Shown: positions 49,306-63,034 of the stretch, piece by piece
Numbering within the stretch: position 1 is the stretch's first letter
How the letters are laid out: each line of letters starts with the position of its first letter
Assembly: GCA_964016885.1 (NCBI GenBank)
Contig: OZ024756.1
Location: forward strand, 18,166,001 to 18,230,000
Length of the DNA stretch: 64,000 bases
Direction of reading: 5' to 3'
Source of the DNA: Eledone cirrhosa
Lineage: Eukaryota
Translations under genes and position numbers: made by a program
Notes under the pieces: generated by a model
Told to the model about the DNA's origin: nothing
Databases searched by the model: none
What the model saw: the letters and a program-made list of their open reading frames with translations, nothing else

Positions 49306-49350
49306 ATTATCTTATGTTGTTTATTACATAACTATATATATATACAAATA

Positions 49351-49685
49351 TGGAGGCACATGGCTTAGTGGTTAGAGCATTGGCCTTGCAATCGAAAGGT
49401 TGTGAGTTCAATTCTCAGACCGGGTGATGTGTTGTTTCCTTGAGCAAGACACTTTATTTCACATTGCTCCAGTTTACTCAGCTGTAGAAATGAGATGATA
49501 GGGACTGGGTTCCCTATCATTCCACTGTAAGGAGGTACCATGGCAAAAAAGCACCCAGCACTCACTGTAAATGAGGTTGGTGTTAGGAAGGGCATCCAGC
49601 TGTAGAAATCAAGCCAGAATCAGTTCCCGTCCCACCCTTGCAAGCAGGGAAAAGCGGACGTAAAATGAAATGAAATGAAATGATG
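49351..49685 (+). mobile_element. Composite SINE: family B tRNA head fused to the RTE 3' end
   Basis: GGAGGCACATGGCTTAGTGGTTAGAGC head, GAGTTCAATTCTC B-box, and a 3' part matching the RTE tail. Confidence 0.8.
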
Positions 49686-49697
49686 AAATATATATAC

Positions 49698-49730
<33 letters not shown>

Positions 49731-49733
<3 letters not shown>

Positions 49734-49843
49734 ATAATAATAAATTTGAATACTAAAATCCAAAGAGGGCTCGATAAGGATAAATATATATCAAATATAT
49801 AAGAACCGTAGAGCAAATATTTAATCTGTTATTTTAATAAATA
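49731..49843 (-). mobile_element. Hairpin-plus-tail element family 2, internally deleted
   Basis: Reverse complement of 52100-52190 plus one arm; sits in (TA)n. Confidence 0.65.
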
Positions 49844-50271
49844 TATATATCATCATCACCGGGAGAGATGACCCCTTAGCCTTTGTCAAGGCAGAATTCT
49901 AGGAGAAGGAAAACTCTGATATAACACCTGCAACCCTGATGGTATCCAATGATGTTGACTTGTTCTTCTTTTTGGTAAATATCATCTTGGTTAAGAGAGT
50001 GGGACTGGCTTTGTGCAGTGCCTTTGCTCACTATAAAAGCTTCACGGCACAGGCATTGCTTTATATCTGGAGATCTCTCTGCACTTGTCGTCACATGGTA
50101 CCATGGGCCCAGCACTATGTGTCAATAATTGTCACAGGTGTAGTGTTTGTACCAGAGTTTTCAAGTCGCTGGCTGGACTAAAAAGTCACACTCGTTCAGC
50201 GCATCGGTAGGGGTTCTCCTACATGGATATAAAGTAGTGGCCGTACTCGAAAACAAGTTGGCAGCCACCAT

Positions 50272-50648
50272 ATCATCATCATCGTTTAACGTCCATCTTC
50301 CACGCTTGCATGGGTTTGGACCATTTAGGTCACCAGCGATAACTATGTAGTCACTGTCAGTTATTTGGGAGGTAGTAGTGAGCATTAACGTCTCATAGAA
50401 TCTGTCTTTTCTAACGCCAGGCAGTCCGGATTGTGGTGCATATGCAGATATTATCATCACAGTAGTTCTATTGAGGACAAGTCTTATTTTAATTATTCTG
50501 TCGTTCACTCTATTTACGTCTATTATCTTATCTGCCCACTTTTCTGCTACCATGATTCCTACTCCACCCAGCCCATTGTCCTTTCCCACCCAGAAAAGCT
50601 TATAGCATCGTTCTTTACCCACAATGAATCTAGCAGACCCACCCCTCC
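50272..50648 (-). mobile_element. RTE AP-endonuclease fragment joined directly to an RTE 3' tail
   Basis: [37 protein letters not shown], followed by the terminal ~50 bp and (GAT)n. Confidence 0.8.
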
Positions 50649-50650
50649 AA

Positions 50651-50687
<37 letters not shown>

Positions 50688-50694
50688 TTATATA

Positions 50695-50750
<56 letters not shown>

Positions 50751-50819
50751 CATATATATATACACACAGATGATCTAACTCTAAATACTAGAGTTAGATG
50801 ATCTGTTAGATCATCATAC

Positions 50820-51975
50820 TAGACTAAAGTTCTAGTATGTAGAAAGGAAAATAGGGCACAGGTGTCCTCTGGGAAATGGCCATGCTCAGTGTGTAGGAAA
50901 GGAGTAGGTAGCAATTCCATTTTAAGTCCCAAATGCAAACTATGGCTACATAAAAGATGTAGTGGGATCACAGGCAAGCTGTCTAAGAATGTAGATTTTA
51001 TATGTGGCCGATGCCCAGGTGCAATAAGTAGCAAGTGCCACAGGATACTAGCTCCTTCTATTGCCAAGATGGTTCTATAGAAATAGGGGACACTTTCCGT
51101 TACCTGGGTGACAAAATCCGCAATGGTGGAGGGTGCTTTGAAAGTACAGTAGCCAGAGTTAGAACGGGATGGAAAAAGTTCAGAGAGCTTATACCGCTGT
51201 TGGCCACAAAAGGTTTCTTTCTAAAAATGAAAGGCAGATTGTGTGATGCTTGTATACGAACAGCAATGTTACATGACAGTGAGACATGGGCATTGTGTGC
51301 AGAGGACCTGCACAGACTGGAAAGGAACGAAGCATACAAGCTCCGTTGGATGTGTAATATTAATATACATGAACAGCAAAACATAAATGTACTAAGTGAG
51401 AAATTAAGAATAACAGGGATCAGATGATGTTTACTTGAGAGAAGATTACGTTGTTATGGTCACGTGATGTGCATGAAAGACGACAGCTGTATAAAAATGT
51501 ATGCAGGGAGAAACCCTTCTTTATCAGCAGAGGAAGCAGCTCCCTAAACTTCTTCCAACCCGTCCTTATTCTGGAAACTATGGCCTCGGTGCACCCTCCT
51601 CCCTTGCTAATCTGATCACCTAGGTAATGGAAGCTATCAACCACCTCTATAGGTCCTACCCACATTTGAAAAATGTGACTATCACAGAACATTGGCAAAC
51701 CTCCTACTCTCAGCCTCCCTGCGTGCTAAGTACACCTGACATTTAGCTTCTCTCTTAGCGGCTGTGTATCCTTCTCTACTCCCGCCATTTTTCCAAGCCT
51801 TCCATGCCAGTCTTTTGTCTCTAATGGCCCTATCTACCGTGCTGTTCCACCACCAGGTCACTCTCTGTCTGGTTGGAGCTCTGCTCCAGCCACAAGTTTC
51901 TTCAGTAGCCTGAAGTAAGTTGTCATGTAAGAAATGCCAGTTATCATCTATGTCGTACGATTTTAACTCATCTAA
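50820..51975. mobile_element. Scrambled RTE fragments: + (50820-51500, PHD-like finger/C-term) and - (51500-51975)
   Basis: ORFs 50862, 51035 (+) and 51420 (-) are homologous to the 14333-15244 protein. Confidence 0.8.
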
Positions 51976-52028
<53 letters not shown>

Positions 52029-52029
52029 T

Positions 52030-52190
52030 TATTTATTAAAATAACACATTAAAGTTTAAGCAAAGACTTTGCTTAAACTTTAATCTGTTATTTTAATAAA
52101 TATTTGCTCTACGGTTCTTATATATCTGATATATATTTATCCTTATCGAGCCCTCTGTGGATTTTAGTCTTCAAATTTATTATTATTACT
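52030..52190 (+). mobile_element. Hairpin-plus-tail element family 2
   Basis: 36-bp arms 52030-52065 / 52067-52102 (1 mismatch), then a ~88-bp tail; TA repeats on both sides. Confidence 0.7.
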
Positions 52191-52309
52191 ATATATATAT
52201 ATATATATATGTTTATGTAAGTAAACCTCATTTTGAGATTCCATGGGAGAATCTTGCTCAGCCTATGAACTTCTCAGCCAACCCTTATAAAAGGGAAAAA
52301 AAGAATTAC

Positions 52310-52649
52310 CTGCATGTCAGTTTCCACATTGATCCAATCCTCATTTTTAGAGTAACGAACAAGAACATGTATTCCAAAATAATGGTAGTTTTTCTCAGTG
52401 TAAGGCACCCAGATTAAGAGGCCTTTCTTCAAGGTGTACGTACATGTGGAAGTGAAAAAAAATATCTCACTGATTAAGTTCTGTGCGGGCTTTAAAGGCG
52501 GAGCAACGTTTTCCCTGTTGGACGGAGAGATAATTTCACACCATACGTACTCCTTCTTTTTGAACACTCCTGCAGGAACTATTAGTTTCGCTTCTAGAGG
52601 CAGGTCAAATGTTTCCGCTGTACTACCCACGGTGATTTTTGCAATGAAA
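52310..52649 (-). CDS. ZU5-ZU5-UPA-death domain protein, coding exon 2 (ZU5a)
   Basis: Acceptor CTCTCCTTCCAATTTGTAG|, donor CAG|GTAATT; 340 nt, phase 2 to 0. Peptide AKLIVPAGVF..PPLKPAQNLISEIFFF..LLIWVPY..VLVRYSKNEDW fits a ZU5 pattern. Confidence 0.85.
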
Positions 52650-52736
52650 CTACAAATTGGAAGGAGAGAGCAAAGCATATTATGTATATATTCATGTATT
52701 TTACGCATTGGTGTTTGAATATAAATAAATAAATCA

Positions 52737-55320
<2,584 letters not shown>

Positions 55321-55695
55321 CATCATCATCATCATCACCGTTTTACGTCCGTTCTTCCACGCTAGCATGGGTTAGACAGGTTGTCCTGTTGTGGGCAGTG
55401 TCTGGTTGGCTGACCATGCCTTGCTCATACAGGAACTGATCTGGCTTGATTTCTACAGCTGGATGCCCTTCCTAACACCAACCTCATTTACAGTGAGTGG
55501 TGGGTGCTTTTTCGTGGCGCCTACACGTCCACTTTACAGTGTGGGCTGGGTGCTTTTTTGCCGTGGCACCTCCACGACCACCTTGCGGTGGGGGGGGGGG
55601 GGGCATATTGTTTATATGCTTCAGCATGTACCCATGGGAGGTCGGGTACCCTGTATTACTGCGTGACGCCAGAAGTCATGGTCGTGTGTCATTGA
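55321..55695 (-). mobile_element. RTE-tail-bearing element, near-identical inverted partner of 60860-61228
   Basis: The reverse complement aligns by eye over ~370 bp; the ORF-track peptides at 55497/55504 and 60736/60749/60882 are near-identical. Confidence 0.75.
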
Positions 55696-55981
55696 CTTTG
55701 AGAGGTGTAGTTGGGTAAGGTCGGCTTTTATCACCTCATCCTAAGTCATCTTGGGTCTCCCCACTCCGCGGTTTCCATCAACTTCTAGTGCTCTGCACCT
55801 TTTTATGCAGCTGTCATCCTTCATACGCATCACATGTCCATACCAGCGTAACCGCCTCTCCTGCACGCAGCATTTGATTCCTCTTATGCTCAGTCTCTCT
55901 CTCAATTCCTTTATGCTTTATATATATATATATATATAATATATATATATAATATATATATATAATATATATATATAATAT

Positions 55982-56015
<34 letters not shown>

Positions 56016-56254
56016 ATATATATATATAATATATATATATATAATATATATATATATAATATATATATATATAATATATATATATATAATATATATATAT
56101 ATTATATATATATAATATATATATATATAATATATATATATATTATATATATATAATATATATATATATAATATATATATATATAATATATATATATATA
56201 TATAATATATATATATATATTATATATATATATATATAAGTTGTAGTATAAGTT

Positions 56255-57790
56255 ATAGACATCTGATGCGCATGGTAGTGAGACATGGGCAGCAACTACA
56301 GAGGATATGCGACGGCTGGAGAGAAATGAAACAAGCATGTTCCGTTGAATGTGTAATGTCAATGTTTGTGAACGACCAAGCATAGATGAGATGAGAGAGA
56401 AACTGTGCATAAGAGGGATAAGTTGTAGTATGCGAGAGAGAAGACTGCAATAGTATAGACATGTGATGCGCATGGAGGATGACTGCTGGGTAAAGAAGTG
56501 CCAAGAAATCCCTGTAGAAGGAAGACCACGAAAAACATGGGTGGAGGTGGTGAGAGCAGACCTCAGATTGCTGAAGTTCACGGAGGAGATGACGAAGGAC
56601 CGTGACAAGTGGAGAGATGCTGTGCTGAATAGGACCCGTCCCACCCTTGCAATCAGGGAAAAGTGGATGTAAAATGATGATGATGATGATATATATATAT
56701 TCTATACCCTAAATGCAAACTATGGGTACATAAAAGATGTAGTGCAATCACAGGCAAGTTGTCTAAGAATGTAGATTTTATATGTGACCGATGCTCAGGT
56801 GCAGTAAGTAGCAAGTGCCCACTAGATACTATCTCCTTCAACTGCCCAGATGGTTCTATAGAAATAGTAGACACTTTCTGTTACCTGGGTGATAAAATCA
56901 GCAGTAGAGGAGGGTGTTCTGAAAGTACAGAAGCCAGAGTTAGAACGGGATGGAAAAAGTTCAGAGAGCTTATACCGCTGTTGGCCACAAGGGGTTTCTC
57001 TCTAAAAATGGAAGGCAGATTGTATGATGCTTGTATACAAACAGCAATTTTACATGGCAGTGAGACATGGGATTGTGTGCAGAGGAACTGTGCAGATTGG
57101 AAAGGAACGAAGCATGCTCCGTAGGATGTGTAATAGTAATATACACGAACGGCAAAACATGAACGAACTAAGTGAGAAATTAGGAATAAGAGGGATCAGA
57201 TGCAGTTTACTTGAGAGGAGAATATGTTGGTATGGTCATGTGATGTGCATGAAAGATGACAGCTGTATAAAAAAGTGCAGGGCGATTAAAATTTATGGAA
57301 GTTATGGAGTAACTAGACCCAGAAAAACCTGGATCGAGACCTTTGGCGCTACGCAGTAATACAGAAGAATTGCCTTCCCTTACGTACAAAGTTATACCTA
57401 CAGTCAGTAGGCACTTTTTAACCAAATATACACCCAACCCACTAACCTTACTCCATTCTCCCACTCCCACCCACACCACCCTTTCTCTATAAAGTTATGT
57501 TGGTACCACAGAATATCTAGTCTACACTAAAGTGGTCATGTAGGTGTCACGACAAAAAGCATCCAGTCCATACTGTAAAGTGGTTGTGTAGGAGACATGG
57601 TAAAAAGCTCTCAGTCCACGCTGTAAATGTGGTTGGTATTAGGAAGGGCATGCAGCCATAGAAAACCTGCCAGATACAGTTCTATGTGAGCGAGACACGG
57701 TCACCCGACCAATCTTGCCTCAAGTGGGACAATTCCTGTCTAACCCATGCTAGCGTGGAAGATAGATGTTAAACGATGATGATGATGATA
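56255..57790 (+). mobile_element. Two tandem RTE 3' fragments (56255-56690 and 56700-57790), each ending in (GAT)n
   Basis: GRPRKTW motif, PHD-like finger and GWKKFREL segments; the second copy is colinear with the reverse complement of 13717-14860. Confidence 0.85.
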
Positions 57791-57819
57791 TAATAATAAT
57801 AAAAAGGACGATTTGTATA

Positions 57820-58158
57820 GGAGGCACATGGCTTAGTGGTTAAAGCATTGGCCTTGCAATCAAAAGGTTGTGAGTTCAATTCTCAGACCGGGTGATGTGT
57901 TGTTTCCTTGAGCAAGAAACTTTATTTCACATTGCTCCAGTTTACTCAGCTGTAGAAATGAGATGATAGGGACTGGGGTCCATATCATTCCACTGCAAAG
58001 TGGTCGTGGAGGTGCCACGGGAAAAAAGCACCCAGCACTCACTGTAAATGAGGTTGGTGTTAGGAAGGGCATCCAGCTGTAGAAATCAAGCCAGAATCAG
58101 TTCCTGTCCCACCCTTGCAAGCAGGGAAAAGCGGACGTAAAATGATGATGATGATGAT
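57820..58158 (+). mobile_element. Composite SINE: family B tRNA head fused to the RTE 3' end
   Basis: Third near-identical copy. Confidence 0.8.
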
Positions 58159-58181
58159 GTTATGTTTTCATTACGTTTATT

Positions 58182-58272
58182 GAGTAGTGACGCGTGTTTC
58201 GCTATTGATCAGCTCAGGGTTTGATCTGTATCGATCTAGCCCAACTCTGGAATCAAAAGCTCGTCAGACCTC
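58182..58272 (-). ncRNA. Type I hammerhead ribozyme with canonical core and long stem II
   Basis: Minus strand: GAGGT-CTGACGA(58267-61)-GCTTTTGAT..60-nt hairpin..ATCAATAGC-GAAA(58200-197)-CACGCG-TC-ACTACTC-AATAAA. G10.1-C11.1 is intact; GUC triplet with cleavage at 58189/58188. Confidence 0.8.
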
Positions 58273-58634
58273 TGTTGTGGTTATGACAGATATATATATA
58301 ATCATCATCATCATCGTTTAACGTCCATTTTCCACGCTAGCATGGGTTAGACAGTTTTGTTCTATTTGATGCGGGAATGGTCAGGAGACCGTGTCTCACT
58401 CATACAGAAGTGTCTCTGGCAGGTTTCCTATGGCTGCATGCCCTTCCTAACACCAACCACCTTTGCAGTGTGGACTGGGAGCCTTTTTACCATGTCTCCT
58501 ACACGACAACTTACAGTGTGGACTGGGTGCTTTTTGTTGTGTCATCGACACAGTGGACGGAAATGGGAGGATAGGGTAGGGTGTGTGGGGTGGGGTGGGG
58601 TGTAATTTGGGTTAAGATGTGCCTACTGACTGTC

Positions 58635-59325
58635 GTAACTGTTTATAATTTTTTTATTTCATAATATTTTTCCTTTCTTTTCAGGAATTATATGAACTAG
58701 TCCTGGGAAATTAATTATGGAAAAATACACCACTGAGCAATGCATCTAAGTTGTGAAATTCTTCTACCAAAATCAGGGGTTGATAATTCAGACCCAGAGA
58801 GCATATCGGTGACACTATCGAGTGAGAGATGCTCCTAGGCCTGATACGTTGTTCCAGCAGGATGGAGCAACTGCTCATTCTGCAAGAGAGACAATGCAGT
58901 TGCTATGGCAGTGCTTTGGAGAGAGAATAATCTCCCATTACAGCAATGTCAACTGGTCATCGCGTTCCCCAGACTTGACTAGCCCTGACTTCTTCTTATA
59001 GGAGTACCTGAAGGAGAGGGTTTATATCAACAAACCGGAGAGACTCTGGAGCAACTAATTGAAGGAGAACATCAATAGAGAAATAAGGGAAGTGGTACCT
59101 GAAACCCTTGCAGCTGTTATGGAGCACGGTTGTGTGAAGCCAAAAATGGCCACCATTTGAAAGATGTAATTTGTCATAAGTAATGTAGAGGCATGACAAG
59201 GATTGATGAGTGTAAAATAATTTCCATTATGTCCTTTAAGTTGTATCAAAATTTCATACATCAATCTGTACAGTTCAGGAAGTTAATAAAAACTAAAACC
59301 CCTGTGTGACTTTTGGGCCACCCTG
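58635..59325 (+). mobile_element. Internally deleted Tc1/mariner (rosa, DD41D) relic
   Basis: MEKYTTEQ.. N-terminus at ~58717; FQQDGATAH..WSSRSPDLTSPDFFL* with 41 residues between the D residues; right end ..GGGCCACCCTG-TA. Left TIR not found. Confidence 0.8.
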
Positions 59326-59399
59326 TACATACATATAAATAAAAGATATCCATGCATGCACTCATACACATGCACACACACACATCCACACAGACATAC

Positions 59400-59588
59400 A
59401 TGGAGGGTTGTCATTCTCACAGAGATAGTGCTCTTCTCAGTACATGTGCAGTACCAGTCAAAACAATTTTTGCACCTCTTGCAGAGAGGGTAAACCAGGG
59501 ATCATTCTCAAATGCTGTTCTGTTCCTTTCTTGATCATTCCAAGTGCTCCCACAATCACAGGTATTGTAATGGCCTTGAGGTGCCACA

Positions 59589-59592
<4 letters not shown>
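59400..59592 (-). mobile_element. R4/Dong-clade LINE 3' fragment
   Basis: TIPVIVGALGMIKKG..KIVLTGTAHVLRRALSL* (with a frameshift), adjacent to (TAA)n. Confidence 0.7.
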
Positions 59593-59625
<33 letters not shown>

Positions 59626-59806
59626 GGATTAGCCGTATCGGTAGAAGGTCGGACGCCATGCTTTGCAGCATAGATTTATGGCCCTTTACAGTCTGAGTTC
59701 CAATCCCGCCGAGGTTAACTTTGCCTTTCATCCTTACGGGGTCGATAAAATAAAATACCAGTAATGCACTGTGGTAATTGCTGGCCTTGTGCCAAAAGTA
59801 GAAACA

Positions 59807-59860
<54 letters not shown>
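59626..59860 (+). mobile_element. SINE family A with long (TAT)n tail
   Basis: Same family as 6533-6720. Confidence 0.8.
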
Positions 59861-60436
59861 TCATACTTAATTAGTAAAGTGTAATTATACTTAATTAGTA
59901 GTGTAATTATACTTAATTAGTAAAGTCTAATTGTACTTAATTAGTAAAGTGTAATTGTACTTAATTATTAAAGTGTTAATTATACTAAACGAGATGAAGG
60001 TGACGTCTTCTCTCTCTTTCTGTCACACACTCTCTTTCTCTCTCTAAATAAATGACATTCCCTTTTTTCTCTCTTTATTCATGAACATATCTCTTGCTTG
60101 CATCTCCCCGTCTCTATATAAGGTGAATGTGATGGATGGATGAACAGACAGACACCATTCTTATTATAATACAGTGTACCCCAGCATTAGCTTTTTTTGT
60201 GACAATATATTTTTTTTCACGCTTTTTAATGCTAAGCTATTATTAACAATATACCGTGTTAGCTGGCCTATATTTTACATTATGATTTGACGTTTATAGG
60301 CAATTTTATGGACCACATTCTATATTTGCGGTTTTTCCCTCTTCACAGGTGCTCTAGGAATGTAAACCCCGCGAATACCGGGGAACAACTGTATAGATTA
60401 GTAGGTTGTCAATTATTTAATTAGTGAATTACTTAC

Positions 60437-60510
60437 TTTTTTCGTAGATGTGAAGCTTCTGTACTGTTCTCTGAAGATCTGCGACTCAGGCCTTTAGATT
60501 TAGTTGGCAT
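60437..60510 (-). CDS. ZU5-ZU5-UPA-death domain protein, probable first coding exon (MPTKSKGLSRRSSENSTEASHLRK)
   Basis: Acceptor TTGCAG| at 60518, AAAATG start at 60510, consensus donor |GTAAGT at 60436. 74 coding nt; phase 2 matches the exon starting at 52649. Confidence 0.65.
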
Positions 60511-61398
60511 TTTGGTACTGCAATTAATAGCAAAAGGAATAAGATTTCGAAAGTATATAAATATTTCAATTTTGGAATTAGGATTTAATGGAAAACGAAA
60601 ATCCCTCTGTCGTTCGAAGCGATTTGGTGTCAGGAAGGGCATCTGGCTGTAAAACACTGCCTCAAAACATTCCTGTCCAACCCATACCAGCATGGAAAAG
60701 TTAACATAAAAATTATGAAAGATGATATACATCTTTTAAAACAGAAAGTTATAGACCTGGGTGGGTTTCATCATCATCATCATTATCATCCCTGTAGCAA
60801 GGGTTGTATAGTATATATATATATATATATATATATACGACCGTGACCTCTGGCGATGACACACGACCGTGACCTCTGGCGTCACGCAGTAATACAGAGT
60901 ACCCGACCTCCCATGGGTACAAGCTGAAGCATATAGACAATATGCCCCCACACCCTCCCACTGCAAGGTGGTCGTGGGGGCGCCACGGCAAAAAAGCACC
61001 CAGCCCACACTGTATAGTGGACGTGTAGGTGCCACGGAAAAAAGCACCCAGCACTCACTGTAAATGAGGTTGGTGTTAGGAAGGGCATCCAGCTGTAGAA
61101 ATCAAGCCAGAATCAGTTCCTGTATGAGCAAGGCATGGTCAGCCAACCAGACACTGCCCACAACAGGACAACCCGTCTAACCCATGCTAGCATGGAAGAA
61201 CGGACGTAAAACGGTGATGATGATGATATATGGGATAACAAGTTTTCGTTATAGGTAATCCAGTTAAAGGTAATCCAGTTGAAGTACTCCGCGTCGTGGA
61301 TAGTTTTAACGTACGGCTTTGTTTGACTCGACAAGATGTTTCCATAGTTAGGCAGCAAGTTTGCGGTAATTACTATGCAGGTTATACTTGGAGTAATA

Positions 61399-61664
61399 AT
61401 AGTTAAAGAAAGAAGAGTAACATGGTTGGCTGTACAATAAGGGCTTTATTTAAAGTACTGACAATTGTTTCGTTGATCAGATGTGTCTAGAGTTCGCTAA
61501 TCGCTTTAGGCTGCGTCAATCGATCTCCAATACATTATTTACAACTGGTCCACACATCAGAGCACGTAGATATGAAAATAATTCACTCGAGGCAAGACTT
61601 GTCAGTACTTTAAATAAAGCCCTTATTGTACAGCCAACCATGTTACTCTTCTTTCTTTAACTAT
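61399..61664 (-). mobile_element. Element with perfect 66-bp inverted arms enclosing a hammerhead (Penelope inverted-pLTR-like)
   Basis: Arms 61399-61464 / 61599-61664 are exact reverse complements; the arm boundary lies within a few nt of the hammerhead cleavage site. Confidence 0.75.
61455..61565 (-). ncRNA. Type I hammerhead ribozyme, one core change (CUGAUGU)
   Basis: Minus strand: GTGCT-CTGATGT-GTGGACCAG..CTGATCAAC-GAAA-CAATTG-TC-AGTAC..AATAAA. Palindromic stem III ACAATTGT; cleavage at 61460/61459. Confidence 0.65.
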
Positions 61665-61682
61665 ATATATATATTTATATAT

Positions 61683-61876
61683 ATAGGAAAAAGTATGACC
61701 CCGACGGCAGAGCTCAAGCCGTTTCGACGGGTATTTCTAGACTGAAATAGCCATCGAAACGGCTTGAGCTCTGCCGTCGGGGTCATACTTTTTCCTATTA
61801 CCCACTCTACTACTCTAAGTATTGAGTACTCTCGTGCGTTATGGTCCATCTGGTTCCTTACCACAATTTCTTCGTT
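61683..61876 (+). mobile_element. Hairpin-plus-tail element family 1, complete copy
   Basis: 55-bp arms 61683-61737 / 61744-61798 (2 mismatches), 6-nt loop TAGACT, same tail as the 6133 copy. Confidence 0.8.
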
Positions 61877-61959
61877 TTATATATATATATATAGAGAGAG
61901 AGAGAGAAGGGAAGTAGGAGATAAAAAATTAAGCATCTTATGATACGTAAAGACAATAT

Positions 61960-62014
61960 AGTTCTTGTCTGATGACCCTGTGATAAACAGGCGTAACTTC
62001 AGAGTAACAAGACT
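61960..62014 (+). ncRNA. Type I hammerhead ribozyme, one core change (GUAA for GAAA)
   Basis: Stem I TCTTGT/ACAAGA; CTGATGA 61969-75; stem II CCTGT-GATAA-ACAGG; GTAA 61993-96; stem III ACT-TCAG-AGT; GUA triplet. AATAAA and (TA)n follow. Confidence 0.65.
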
Positions 62015-62092
62015 CACTATTTAGCCTTAATAAAATAAATATATATATATATATATGTGTGTGTGTCTCAATAGCCATTTGTATATAAATAA

Positions 62093-62277
62093 TTGTTTCT
62101 ACTTTTGGCACAAGGCCAGCAATTATCCAATGAATTACTGGTACTTTATTTTATCGACCTCGTAAGGATGAAAGGCAAAGTTAACCTCGGCGGGATTTGA
62201 ACTCAGAATGGCAAGGGCCGTAACTCTACGCGTCAAAGCATGGCGTCCGACCCTCTACCGATACTGCCAATTCACCA
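62093..62277 (-). mobile_element. SINE family A
   Basis: Near-identical to 18462-18642. Confidence 0.8.
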
Positions 62278-62766
62278 TGTATGTGTGAGCTTGTGAATAT
62301 GAGTGTGATGGTAGATAGACAGATAAATGCATAGATAGATAGATAGAGTGATAAACAAAGGCATGAATGAGAGAAAGAAAACAAAGAAGAAAAGAAAGAG
62401 AGAAAGAAAAGAAAGAAATGGTCAGCAATTGTTCTTTTCACTAAATTCTCTTGACACTTATATCTGCAAAAATAACATAAGATGGAGGAAGGGGGAAATC
62501 TTGGGGGGAGGGGGTTTAAATACATGTCAAGTTTGTTTTTATATTGCTTGTGGCATTAACAGTGTTGTAGAGGATTTTACCATTATTTACTCTATATATA
62601 CTATTGTATTTTCATGGTAAATTCTTTATCTAACATATTATCTCACAAAATATTGAATCTATGAGATTTTGATGTTATTTGTGTTGAGAACAATTACCTT
62701 AACATCAGTATAAATGGTTTGAACAGAATGAGGTGAGAGAATTCTGGCTGGATATAGCCGGTTTAA

Positions 62767-62987
62767 CCCTTTAGCATTCAAACCGGCCATATCCGGCTAG
62801 AAATTTCTCACCTCTTTCTGTTTAAACCAGCTGTAACTGACCGCTCATACTGATGTTAAGGTATTGTTCTCAAAATAAATATTATTAAAATCTCATATAT
62901 TCGATATTATGTGAGATAATTATGTGAAATAAAGCCTTTACTGTGAAAATATAATAGTAAATATAAAGTAATGTAAATGCTAAAGGG
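62767..62987. mobile_element. piggyBac-type MITE (with an adjacent inverted partial copy at 62575-62765)
   Basis: TTAA at 62763-66 and 62988-91; TIR CCCTTTAGCATT / AATGCTAAAGGG. Confidence 0.85.
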
Positions 62988-63034
62988 TTAAATGCTAAAA
63001 CAACAATGTTGAATTTCTGCACTGGTACTATAGG

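Noticed and set aside
49351-49425. tRNA gene (GCA anticodon-like loop)
   Set aside because: No proper acceptor stem or terminator; it continues into a SINE body present in several copies.
60290-60393. Possible pogo/Tigger-type MITE end (GGGGAACAACTG-TA)
   Set aside because: No matching opposite terminus found nearby.
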